In this document: piece by piece, positions 35,302 to 43,939 of the stretch
Layout: each line of letters starts with the position of its first letter
How positions within the stretch are numbered: the first letter of the stretch is position 1
Origin: Actinomycetes bacterium
GTDB lineage: Bacteria; Actinomycetota; Acidimicrobiia; Acidimicrobiales; JAJYXR01
Length of the DNA stretch: 64,000 bases
Assembly (NCBI GenBank): GCA_021801795.1
Contig: JAJYXR010000001.1
Location: forward strand, 988 to 64,987
Direction of reading: 5' to 3'
Program-made: the position numbers and the translations under genes
Notes under the pieces: model-generated
The model's database searches: none
Told to the model about the DNA's origin: nothing
What the model saw: the letters and a program-made list of their open reading frames with translations, nothing else

Positions 35302-38300
35302 GCGCGCCCGCACGCCGGCTGAGCGGCGATAACACAGCCTGGCTCGCAGGCATAGCGGTAGTGCTCGTAGCCGCTTGGTTCGTCGGGTCAGCCCTCCTGC
35401 CCGGCCACCTTCCGGCTGGCGTAGCGGTCCAGGGAGTCGTCGTAGGTAGCCTCGACGCGCTCGTGGCGCTGGGGCTCGTGCTCGTCTACCGCGCCCAGCG
35501 GATCGTGAACTTCGCTCAGGCCCAGATGGGGGCGATCGGGGCTGCTGCGGCAGTCATAGGTGTGGCGGGCCTCCACCTGAGCTACTACATCTCCATCCTC
35601 CTCGGCATAGTCGCGGCAGCCCTGACCGGTCTCTTCGCCGACCGGATCATCTCCTGGCGCTTCTCCAGGGCACCGAGGCTGGTCCTGATGGTGGTCACCA
35701 TCGGCCTCGAGCAGCTCTTCGGCGCCGTCGGAGCTGTCATGCCCGAACCGTTCCACCTGTCGCCGACCACCTCATTCGGTGCGCCTTTCCGGGTGAGCTG
35801 GAACATCGGCCCGATACTCTTCAACCAGAACGACGTGGTGGCCATCGTCGTGGTCCCCGTGGTGCTCGTCGCCCTCTGGTGGTTCCTGGATCGCACCGAC
35901 ACCGGCATCGCCATCAGGGCAGCCTCGGACTCCACCGAGCGATCCGCCCTCCTCGGCATCCCGGTTCGGCGTCTGAACCGGATCACCTGGCTCCTGGCAG
36001 CCATCGTGGCAGGCATCGGTGCCATGCTCGCCGTGCCTATAGCTCCAGTGGCGCCGAGCCTGGGGAGCGTGCCGAGCCCCGAGCTGCTCTTGATCCCGCT
36101 GGCCGCGGCTGTCGTGGGGGGCATGGAGAGCCTGCCCGTCACCTTCGTGGCTGCCATCGTGCTCGGTGTGTTCCAGCAGGCCTCCTACTGGTCGTACCCG
36201 AACCCCTCCTTCGTCAGCCTGGTCATCTTCGCCCTCATCCTCGTAGCCCTGCTGGTCCAGCCCTACTCGCCGGTGGCGAAGTCTCGGCGGAGCCGCGACC
36301 ACGACGACTCCCTCGGCGGCTTCGTGGGGCTGCGGGAGGTGCGCGCCATCCCATCGGCCCTCGCGAAGCTGCCTGTCGTCCGATATGGCAGGACCGCTCT
36401 GCTGGCGGTCCTAGCCATCGCTGCTCTCGTGGTCCCCCTGGCCTTCTCCGGCGAGCAGGTCCTGCTGCTCAGCTACGTCTCCATCTACGCGCTGATCGCA
36501 GTATCCCTGGTCCTGCTATCTGGCTGGTCCGGTCACATGAGCCTCGGGCAGTTCGCGTTCGTGGGCGTCGGCGCTGCCCTGACTGGATCTCTCATGGTCC
36601 ACGCGCACATGGACATGTTCCTGGCCCTCGTGATATCCGGCGCGGCCGGCGCAGTGGTCGCTGCAGGCATCGGGTGGCCGGCTCTGCGCATGTCAGGCCT
36701 GTTCCTCGCGGTGGTCACCCTGGCCTTCGCGATCCCCGTGTCGAGCTGGCTGCTGAGCGCGTCTAACTTCCCGCTGCTGAACCCGGGGAACGTGCCACGG
36801 CCCGTTCTCTTCGGTCGGATCTCGCTCACCTCTCCGTGGGCCTTCTACGAGCTGTGCACCGTGATCGTCATAATCGCGATGCTCCTTGCCCATAACCTGC
36901 GTCGCAGCCGACCGGGCCGGGCCATGGTCGCCGTCCGGGACAGCGAGCGAGGCGCAGCGGCCTTCTCGGTGTCGCCCCTGCGCACCCGCCTGCTCGCCTT
37001 CAGCATCTCGGGAGCGATCGCCGGGGTGGCAGGCGGGCTCTACGTGCTGGCCCTGGGCGGGCTGGGCAACGCCGGCATCCCGGTCGAGAAGAGCCTCTTC
37101 GTCTTCGCCATGGCCGTGCTGGGTGGCATCGGGAGCCTCACCGGCGCGGTGCTCGGAGCCGTCTACCTGGAGCTCGTCAGCCACTACCTCTCCAGTGCTC
37201 TCCAGCTGCTGGCCACCGGCGTGGGCATCCTCATCATCCTCGCGATAATCCCGGAGGGTTTGGCCGACATATGGTTCCGCTTGCGGGACCTCGTCCTGTC
37301 GGCCATCGCCAAGCACGAGGAGGCAGGAGGCGATCTTCCGCTTGCTCTCGCAGGCGACGGCGGCCCAGCCGAGAACACCACGCAGCTGGCCGCGATTCGC
37401 CTGGGAGCACTCGAGGCCCTGGAGGACAGCGACGGACCGCCGCCTGCACCCGAGGCAGACGTCTCCTACCCTTCGGCCCCCGACCCGATCACTGCCAGCC
37501 TCACCGATGGAGCCTCCGGCGACGAGGCCTCCACCCTTCGTGCAATCTCCTGTTCAGACATAGACGCCTCATATGGAAGCCGTCCGGTGCTCCATGACGT
37601 CGCTCTCGACGTCATGCCGGGAGAGGTCTTGGCACTGCTTGGCACCAACGGGGCTGGCAAGTCCACCATCCTGCGAGTCCTCTCGGGGCTGCTGGCAGCC
37701 GACACGGGACGGGTGATCCTAGGCGGTGAGGACATCACCGGCCTCGACACCGTCGCGAGGGCACGTCGTGGCCTGGTGATGGTGCCCGGTGGCCACGGCG
37801 TGTTCCGATCGCTCTCGGTGGCAGAGAACCTGCGGCTCGCCATGTGGATGTCCAGGCATGGCAGGCACCGCAGCGCACCCAGCATGGAACGGACCTTCGA
37901 GCTCTTCCCCGTCCTCGCAGACCGTCTCTCCACCCGTGCAGGTCTGCTCTCAGGCGGGGAGCAGCAGATGCTCGCCCTGGCCCAGGCCTTCCTCTGCAGC
38001 CCGAAGGTGCTGATGATCGACGAGCTCTCCCTGGGTCTGGCCCCGACGGTGGTGGCCGAGGTTCTCGGTGCCGTGCGCCGGCTCGTCGAGGAAGGCACGA
38101 CCGTCGTCGTAGTAGAGCAGTCCGTGAACGTAGCCACCGCCATCGCAGACCGCGCGGTGTTCCTAGAACGCGGCAGGGTCCGGTTCTTCGGACCCACGCC
38201 CGACCTCACTGCCCAGCACGACCTGCTCCGCTCGGTGTTCCTGCGCGCTGCAGCTCGTGCCGTGACATCCCACGACGCTCCAGCGCAGGTGAGCTCCGGC

Positions 38301-39209
38301 GTCGTCGATGTCCTGGCCGGCCTGGCAGCCCCTACCCCGGACGCTACTGCCGGCCAGCAGGGCCAGGGGGATTCCCGAGCCCGCCCGGATTCCGTGCTCG
38401 TCTCGTCAGACGCCGGGCCCGCGATGACCGTGACGGGCATCTCGAAGTCATACGGCGGTATCTCAGCTCTCAGTGATGTCAGCTTCCAGGTCCAACCTGG
38501 CGAGATACTGGGCATCATCGGGGCCAACGGCGCAGGCAAGACCACCCTCTTCGACACCTGCTCCGGCTTCATCGTGCCCGATCAGGGTCGAATCCTCTTC
38601 GACGGTGTCGACATCACCACGGAGCCACCGTACCTACGAGCCCGTCGCGGCCTCGGACGTGTCTTCCAGGACGGCAGGGTGTTCCCCTCTCTCAGCGTCG
38701 AGGAGGCCATAGCGGTGGCCTTCGAGCGCTTCGTAGAGGTACGCGACCCCCTGCTGTGCTCGCTCGACACCCTCGATGCATCCCTCTCCGAGGCGGCCAT
38801 CCGGGTGGGAGTCGAGGGGCTCCTCGCCGAGTTCGGCCTCGCACGCTGGCGGGACAACTTCGTCTCCGAGCTATCCGTAGGCACCCGCCGCATGGTGGAG
38901 CTGGCCTGCATCCTCGCCCACAGGCCGAAGCTCCTCCTCCTGGACGAGCCATCCTCCGGCATAGCCCAGCGCGAGAGCGAGGCGCTGGGCGACCTCCTGA
39001 AGGGCCTCCGGGACCGGACGGGCGCTGCGTTCGTGATCATCGAGCACGACGTCCCCCTCGTGTCCTCGATCGCCGACCGCCTGATATGCCTCCACCTCGG
39101 ATCCGTCATAGCCGAGGGCTCGACCACCGAGGTACTGCACGATCCAGCCGTGGTGGATGCCTACCTCGGAACCGACCAGACGGCCATCGCCCGCTCGGGT
39201 CTAGCCTGA
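35298..39209 (+). CDS. Branched-chain-amino-acid-type ABC importer with LivH-like, LivM-like, LivF-like and LivG-like domains in one 1303-aa polypeptide
   Basis: TMD1 about 35298-36280 (LVLVYRAQRIVNFAQAQMGAIGA). TMD2 about 36300-37310 (IAVSLVLLSGWSGHMSLGQFAFVGVGA). NBD1 about 37540-38230 (GTNGAGKST, LSGGEQQM, LMIDELSLGLAP). NBD2 about 38425-39209 (GANGAGKTT, LSVGTRRM, LLLDEPSSGIA). The reading frame is uninterrupted, and the ATG overlaps the SBP stop (ATGA). Confidence 0.85.
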   Translation: MSAPARRLSGDNTAWLAGIAVVLVAAWFVGSALLPGHLPAGVAVQGVVVGSLDALVALGLVLVYRAQRIVNFAQAQMGAIGAAAAVIGVAGLHLSYYISILLGIVAAALTGLFADRIISWRFSRAPRLVLMVVTIGLEQLFGAVGAVMPEPFHLSPTTSFGAPFRVSWNIGPILFNQNDVVAIVVVPVVLVALWWFLDRTDTGIAIRAASDSTERSALLGIPVRRLNRITWLLAAIVAGIGAMLAVPIAPVAPSLGSVPSPELLLIPLAAAVVGGMESLPVTFVAAIVLGVFQQASYWSYPNPSFVSLVIFALILVALLVQPYSPVAKSRRSRDHDDSLGGFVGLREVRAIPSALAKLPVVRYGRTALLAVLAIAALVVPLAFSGEQVLLLSYVSIYALIAVSLVLLSGWSGHMSLGQFAFVGVGAALTGSLMVHAHMDMFLALVISGAAGAVVAAGIGWPALRMSGLFLAVVTLAFAIPVSSWLLSASNFPLLNPGNVPRPVLFGRISLTSPWAFYELCTVIVIIAMLLAHNLRRSRPGRAMVAVRDSERGAAAFSVSPLRTRLLAFSISGAIAGVAGGLYVLALGGLGNAGIPVEKSLFVFAMAVLGGIGSLTGAVLGAVYLELVSHYLSSALQLLATGVGILIILAIIPEGLADIWFRLRDLVLSAIAKHEEAGGDLPLALAGDGGPAENTTQLAAIRLGALEALEDSDGPPPAPEADVSYPSAPDPITASLTDGASGDEASTLRAISCSDIDASYGSRPVLHDVALDVMPGEVLALLGTNGAGKSTILRVLSGLLAADTGRVILGGEDITGLDTVARARRGLVMVPGGHGVFRSLSVAENLRLAMWMSRHGRHRSAPSMERTFELFPVLADRLSTRAGLLSGGEQQMLALAQAFLCSPKVLMIDELSLGLAPTVVAEVLGAVRRLVEEGTTVVVVEQSVNVATAIADRAVFLERGRVRFFGPTPDLTAQHDLLRSVFLRAAARAVTSHDAPAQVSSGVVDVLAGLAAPTPDATAGQQGQGDSRARPDSVLVSSDAGPAMTVTGISKSYGGISALSDVSFQVQPGEILGIIGANGAGKTTLFDTCSGFIVPDQGRILFDGVDITTEPPYLRARRGLGRVFQDGRVFPSLSVEEAIAVAFERFVEVRDPLLCSLDTLDASLSEAAIRVGVEGLLAEFGLARWRDNFVSELSVGTRRMVELACILAHRPKLLLLDEPSSGIAQRESEALGDLLKGLRDRTGAAFVIIEHDVPLVSSIADRLICLHLGSVIAEGSTTEVLHDPAVVDAYLGTDQTAIARSGLA

Positions 39210-40292
39210 GAAGGAATACACCTCGCTGGCAGGCGGAACGGAAGCGTTCACCGATACCCCGTAACCCGAGACACCGAGTGTGACGTCGAAGTTAGTCGGC
39301 ACGGTCGCACCGTTCGACGGTGGCACGGAACCGGAGATCTGGAGCTGGACGATCTGGTCACTACCGTTGATCCACAGCTCGGCGCTGATGGACGAGGTGG
39401 AGGGAGAGCTCTTCTCGATGGCCTGGTAGATGCTTGCGGCAGCACCGCCTGCCTGAGCAGCAGCCGCCACAGGGACCGTGACGTTGTACGCGTAGGTAGA
39501 GACCCCGCCTATGTTCGCCGTCCCAGCAGAGCTCACCTGATCAGCGGGGCTGGAGAAGAGCTGCAGCGCTTCGCCTGGGTTCGACGCGATGGTGCTCGCC
39601 AGCGGACCAGCGCTTGGCAGGAGCTGGCTGAAGAGCGGCCCGAGAGCGATGCTCACGTAAGGCTTGCCGCCAGCAGCGCTCGCGAGAACGGATCCAGAGG
39701 CTGGCTGGATGTACGCCGTTCCGTCAGCTAGGACTATCGCGTGCGATCCGGCTCCCAGGAGCTGCGTGATCTGGGCAGATCCGTTCATGGTGAGCTGGAG
39801 CGAACCGATGTTGTTCGCGAAGCTGTAGGGACCTGAGATGCTGCCACTCAGGGTACCAGTGGATCCGCTGAAGTCCCCCGACACCGTGAAGGAGATGTTC
39901 AGGTTCGCGCTGTGCGCCCCGAGAGTGGCGCCTGCGCTCGCCTCCACCAGGGCCTGCGGCGTAGGCAGGGATGACGGCGCTGGCTGGGGTGACGGACTCG
40001 AAGACTGGCCCGGTGGCGGACTCGAAGACTGGCTCGGCGCCACCGATGTCGGCGTGCTCTTCGCCGCCGTGGTAGTGGTCACCTTGCCCTTCACCGTCGT
40101 CTTCGTGGTTACCTTCGTCGTCTTTACCTTGGCGTGAGCCTTGGCATGCGCGGTGGAGGAAAGCTCCACCTTCTTCGTGGCCGGATGCTTCGCGGCACTC
40201 GGGCTGGAGCTGCACGCAGAGGCGATGCTGGCGAACGCTAGAACACCGGCAGCAGCCAGAACGGGGCGAGAGAAACGAGCTCTGGCGGTCAT
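39201..40292 (-). CDS. Lipoprotein, LppX/LprG (LolA-fold)-like, with Lys/Thr- and Ser/Pro-rich linker
   Basis: Signal peptide plus lipobox-like AFASIASAC|SSS. The C-terminal body has the LprG-like pattern (ANIGGVSTYAYNVTVP ... ISAELWINGSDQIVQLQISG ... VTLGVSGYGVSVNASVPP). It is a paralog of the adjacent gene. Confidence 0.6.
   Translation of the reverse strand: MTARARFSRPVLAAAGVLAFASIASACSSSPSAAKHPATKKVELSSTAHAKAHAKVKTTKVTTKTTVKGKVTTTTAAKSTPTSVAPSQSSSPPPGQSSSPSPQPAPSSLPTPQALVEASAGATLGAHSANLNISFTVSGDFSGSTGTLSGSISGPYSFANNIGSLQLTMNGSAQITQLLGAGSHAIVLADGTAYIQPASGSVLASAAGGKPYVSIALGPLFSQLLPSAGPLASTIASNPGEALQLFSSPADQVSSAGTANIGGVSTYAYNVTVPVAAAAQAGGAAASIYQAIEKSSPSTSSISAELWINGSDQIVQLQISGSVPPSNGATVPTNFDVTLGVSGYGVSVNASVPPASEVYSFSG
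39994..40041. repeat. 24-bp in-frame tandem duplication (about 21/24 identical by eye) inside the lipoprotein linker
   Basis: GGACTCGAAGACTGGCCCGGTGGC / GGACTCGAAGACTGGCTCGGCGCC, encoding the QSSSP repeat. Confidence 0.8.
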
Positions 40293-41167
40293 GGGAGGCT
40301 CGTAACCGCCTGCACTTCGCTAGCGGGAGGCACGGTGACGCTGACGGGCTTGCCGAAGCCCGAGAAGCCCACGGTCAGGCTGATCGAGGCGCCCTGGTTC
40401 CATACCAGCGACTGTGCGAGCCCACTCAGCGAGAGGGAGAGCTGGCGCATACGACCGCTGGCGCCGACCCAGACGTCGGCGGTGAAGTCCTTCAGGGTTG
40501 GCGAGCCCTTCGCTATCTCGCCGAAGAGCGTGCCCGACGCGCCCCCGTCTGCTGCCGCCTTCTTCAGCGGCACCGATATCGCGTACTCGGTGGTGGAATG
40601 CCCGTTTATGAGGGCCGGACCCACCTTCGTGACGGTCATGGCAGGGCTGTCGAAGAGATCGAAGAGCTGAGCAGGGTTACCGGCCACTGCTGAGCCGAGC
40701 GGACCGAGGTTCAGCACGCCAGTAAGCGTGGCGAGCGAGAGGCTCGCGTAGGTCTTTCCTGGAGCCAGCTGGAGCAGACGTGCGAGGGTCGGGGGCGGCG
40801 GGAAGTAGCCGGTGCCATTCGCCAGGGTCACGTTCAGGGGACCCCCGATGATGCTCGCCACCGTGCCGTTCAGGACTATGTCCAGCTGGGCCTCGTTCGT
40901 CGTGAAGTTGTCCGGGCCTGTGATCGTGCCCGAAAGGGGCGTCGAGGCTGGCTGGCCCGCTGCCGCTGGGTTATGCACGGCTATGTCGACGTGGAGGTCA
41001 GCCGTGCCGGCCGCCAGGGTCTTCGTCCCTAGGCTGGTGAGGGTCGAGTCTGCCACCTGGTGGGTGCTCGGCGGTGGGCTGCTGCTCGTGGTAGGGCTCG
41101 ACGAGCACGCACTGGCTCCCAGGGCGAGAGCTACGGCCGCAGCCCCGAATCCGATGAACTTCCTCAT
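40289..41167 (-). CDS. Lipoprotein, LppX/LprG (LolA-fold)-like paralog
   Basis: MRKFIGFGAAAVALALGASAC|SSS lipobox. The body is collinear with the downstream paralog (LINGHSTTEYAISVP ... FTADVWVGASGRMRQLSLSLSG ... LTVGFSGFGKPVSVTVPP). The stop overlaps the next start (ATGA). I use the start at ATG 41167 rather than the track start 41332, so that the signal peptide is N-terminal. Confidence 0.6.
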   Translation of the reverse strand: MRKFIGFGAAAVALALGASACSSSPTTSSSPPPSTHQVADSTLTSLGTKTLAAGTADLHVDIAVHNPAAAGQPASTPLSGTITGPDNFTTNEAQLDIVLNGTVASIIGGPLNVTLANGTGYFPPPPTLARLLQLAPGKTYASLSLATLTGVLNLGPLGSAVAGNPAQLFDLFDSPAMTVTKVGPALINGHSTTEYAISVPLKKAAADGGASGTLFGEIAKGSPTLKDFTADVWVGASGRMRQLSLSLSGLAQSLVWNQGASISLTVGFSGFGKPVSVTVPPASEVQAVTSLP

Positions 41168-41292
41168 TTCGCAGAACGCCTTTCTGTCCAGGTTAGACGG
41201 ACCCCGAATACCCCGATGGCCCGGTTGCTCTCTGAAGACTGCCATTCCCGCCCAGCCAGAGTACTCGACCTGGCCGGACTTCTTCACGATAT

Positions 41293-41350
41293 GGTCGGGC
41301 AGAGCCTGGGCTGACCAGCTGAGCCAGTGCATGTCCAGCCCTGCCCGACC
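41293..41350 (-). terminator. Long hairpin (10-bp perfect arms GGTCGGGCAG / CTGCCCGACC, 38-nt loop, arms extendable imperfectly) 12 nt downstream of the 846-aa ORF stop
   Basis: Read directly. No U-tract follows, so terminator function is uncertain. Confidence 0.25.
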
Positions 41351-41362
41351 GCTCGTGCTATG

Positions 41363-43774
41363 TCATGCAGGCGCGAACCACCCGAAGACGTCCACGATGA
41401 CGTTCGCGCTGCCCGAGTTGTTATAGATCGAGATCTCACCCGAGCTCGACAGGGTCGCTATCACGAGGTTCGGCGCAGTCTGGCCACGAGACCAGTTCAG
41501 GTCCGAGACCGTAGGCATGGTGCCGCCAGGCCACACGGTGAGGAACCCTCCCGAGGTGGTGCTGGTCACCGTGACGTTCGCCACGGCTGCAACCGCGCTC
41601 GACGGGATGTTCGCCACGCCGGTGACGTGGACGGTGGCAGTGCCCGCAGCACCTAGCTCGGTGATCGCTGTGTTCAGGCTCGGCAGGTTCTCGCCACCGC
41701 AGTATCCCGGGACGAGCGACACGTCGCACCTGGTGTCCAGGATCCTGGCGGGGCTCGAAAGAGCATAGAACTCCGATCCCGTGCCACCAGAGTCCGTGAA
41801 GTAACCGTTCACGTCCACGATGAACTGCACGTTACCGCTGTTGTTGAACACGGTTACCTGGCCGTTCGTTCCCACGGGAACGATCACCCTGTTCGGCAGG
41901 CTCTCGCCAGCGGTCCAGTTCAGGTTCGACGCGGTGGGACGGGTGCTGCCGGTCGGGTAGACGGTTATGAACCCACCGGCGTGGGTGGCGGTGACCGTGA
42001 CGTTCAGCACCACAGCGCTCACGCCGGTCGAGGGCACCTTCCCGACGCCGGTGACGGTGACGTTCTCGCTTCCCTGCGGGCCGAGACCGGTCAGCTTCTG
42101 GTTAGCCGCTGGCAGGTTCTCGCTCGCACAGAACGAGGGTGCCGGAGATGCGCTGCATCGTGTGTCTGCCAGCCGCGCCGGTGTGAGCGCGTTGTAGAGG
42201 CCGGCTCCTGACGAGGACGACGAGGGTGCAGCGAAATAGCCTTCGGCGTCTACCGCGACGTTAGCCGTCGTGTTCGTGACGACATCCACGGCGCCATTCG
42301 ATCCCAGGCCGACGGTGACGAGGTTCGCTCGCACGTCACCTGGTGTGAAGTTCAGGTTCGACGCCAGCGGCGCTGACTCACCCGAGGGATAGACGGTCAT
42401 GTAGCCACCAGTGGATGGACCTATGACCGTGACGTTCAGCACCACGCCGGTCACGCCGCTCGAGGGGATGCCGCCGAGTCCTGCCACGGGCACCTGGAGC
42501 GGGGTGTTCGCGCTGAGCGGGGTCCCGGAGTTCGCGCACTGGCCGGTGACGCCGCTGATCACGTCGCCAGTACCACCGATGGACGCACTCGAACGCGTGT
42601 CACAGAGGCGCTGGGGGCTCTTCAGGGCCGTGTACGTAGAAGCCGTCGGTGCCGGCGGCGGAGTGGAGCTGCCCGAGATGGTGAGCGGTGCGCTGGCGGT
42701 GATGGCGTCCGGGAAGTTCGGGTTCGTGCTGTTACCCGGGTCCATGGCAAGCGCGTTCGACTCGTAGAGGTTCACCGTGTAGCTGCCTGCCGGCAGGCTG
42801 GAGGGCACCGTGAAGCCGCCCTTCAGCGTCGGGTAGGAAGTGATGGTCCCGGTGTAGGTCGAGGTGTTGAAGTCGTAGACGGGCGGGGTGACCGTGACCA
42901 CAGGCGAGGTGGCGGGGTTCGGCACCTCGGTGCAGGCACCACCGCTAGTGGGGCAGATCTCGATCGTCAGGGTGACGGCCTCGGTGGTTACCCCGTCGAA
43001 GTTCCCACCGCTGTTGGGAGCAGTTCCCACAGGGTCGCCCCACCAGTAAGGGCAGACCGTGCTGGAGCTCGGCGTGCAGGGCTTGTCCGAGACCGACACC
43101 GTGCCACCAGGGGCCACAGACGAGGAGCTGAGCTGGAGGGTCGGGGCTGCGGGCGTGGGGTTCGTCGGGTACTTGAGGAGTGCCAGTCCCCAGATGTCCG
43201 CATTCGTGTCTGCAACCGTGATGGCACAGGCCGGCAGGCCCATGTTCACCTGCTGCTGGGTAGGCGGGCAGACGGCATTCGGGTCGCCCTTGGCGGTGAT
43301 CACCGACTGCGAGCCGCCGCTCTTGAACGGGCTCGGCACTGTGTAGCTCGTGTTCCAGGTGCTGCCGCAGCCGAACAGGCACTCCTCGTATACGGCTGCC
43401 GATATGTCGGCCTCGTTCTCCGCGAGGGTCTCCTGGTCCGAGCTCGAGCAGGCCGATCCGTTACAGTTCGCTATGAGGGCAAGGGGGCTTCCCTGGCCTG
43501 CCAGTGCAGCAACACCCGAGATGGCTAGGTTCGAGCAGCTGATCGAGATCTTCGTGCCCTCGCTGACCGACAGCGATGCGATCTTCGGCGGGGTGAGGGT
43601 GGACGTGGAGCCATTGAAGCTGCAGTCTTGCGGATGCGCTGTGATGGCTCCTGCCGGCGACGGCGCTGCCAGCAACGCAACGCCTGCAGACCCCACGAAG
43701 GTCGCAGCTACTGCGATGGCTGCGAACAGGACGATCCCCAGACGCTTGACTACCCCTGATGCACTGCGGAGCAT
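41363..43774 (-). CDS. Large secreted protein, paralog of 18880..21384: signal peptide, Cys-rich N-terminal domains, three 'DTRC' modules
   Basis: Signal peptide MLRSASGVVKRLGIVLFAAIAVAATFVGSAGVALLAAPSPAGA (start ATG 43774). It shares the motif CPPTQQQVNMGLPACAI (versus CPPTAAEQKAGVICAV in the paralog). The three C-terminal modules (about 41366-42637) are collinear with those of the paralog and end GWFAPA versus GWFG. Confidence 0.7.
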   Translation of the reverse strand: MLRSASGVVKRLGIVLFAAIAVAATFVGSAGVALLAAPSPAGAITAHPQDCSFNGSTSTLTPPKIASLSVSEGTKISISCSNLAISGVAALAGQGSPLALIANCNGSACSSSDQETLAENEADISAAVYEECLFGCGSTWNTSYTVPSPFKSGGSQSVITAKGDPNAVCPPTQQQVNMGLPACAITVADTNADIWGLALLKYPTNPTPAAPTLQLSSSSVAPGGTVSVSDKPCTPSSSTVCPYWWGDPVGTAPNSGGNFDGVTTEAVTLTIEICPTSGGACTEVPNPATSPVVTVTPPVYDFNTSTYTGTITSYPTLKGGFTVPSSLPAGSYTVNLYESNALAMDPGNSTNPNFPDAITASAPLTISGSSTPPPAPTASTYTALKSPQRLCDTRSSASIGGTGDVISGVTGQCANSGTPLSANTPLQVPVAGLGGIPSSGVTGVVLNVTVIGPSTGGYMTVYPSGESAPLASNLNFTPGDVRANLVTVGLGSNGAVDVVTNTTANVAVDAEGYFAAPSSSSSGAGLYNALTPARLADTRCSASPAPSFCASENLPAANQKLTGLGPQGSENVTVTGVGKVPSTGVSAVVLNVTVTATHAGGFITVYPTGSTRPTASNLNWTAGESLPNRVIVPVGTNGQVTVFNNSGNVQFIVDVNGYFTDSGGTGSEFYALSSPARILDTRCDVSLVPGYCGGENLPSLNTAITELGAAGTATVHVTGVANIPSSAVAAVANVTVTSTTSGGFLTVWPGGTMPTVSDLNWSRGQTAPNLVIATLSSSGEISIYNNSGSANVIVDVFGWFAPA

Positions 43775-43939
43775 GATACCCCCCCTGTGGTGCGGCGGCT
43801 TCCCCCTTGCCCGAGCCCGCACCCGGTTCGCGGCAGGGAGCACACCGGCAAGGCGCCAGATGTGCCTGTCCGACACCCTAGACCGGCACTGTCCCGATGT
43901 CAACGCGAGTGGGTGACGGAGACGCCACCGACGGCGTGA

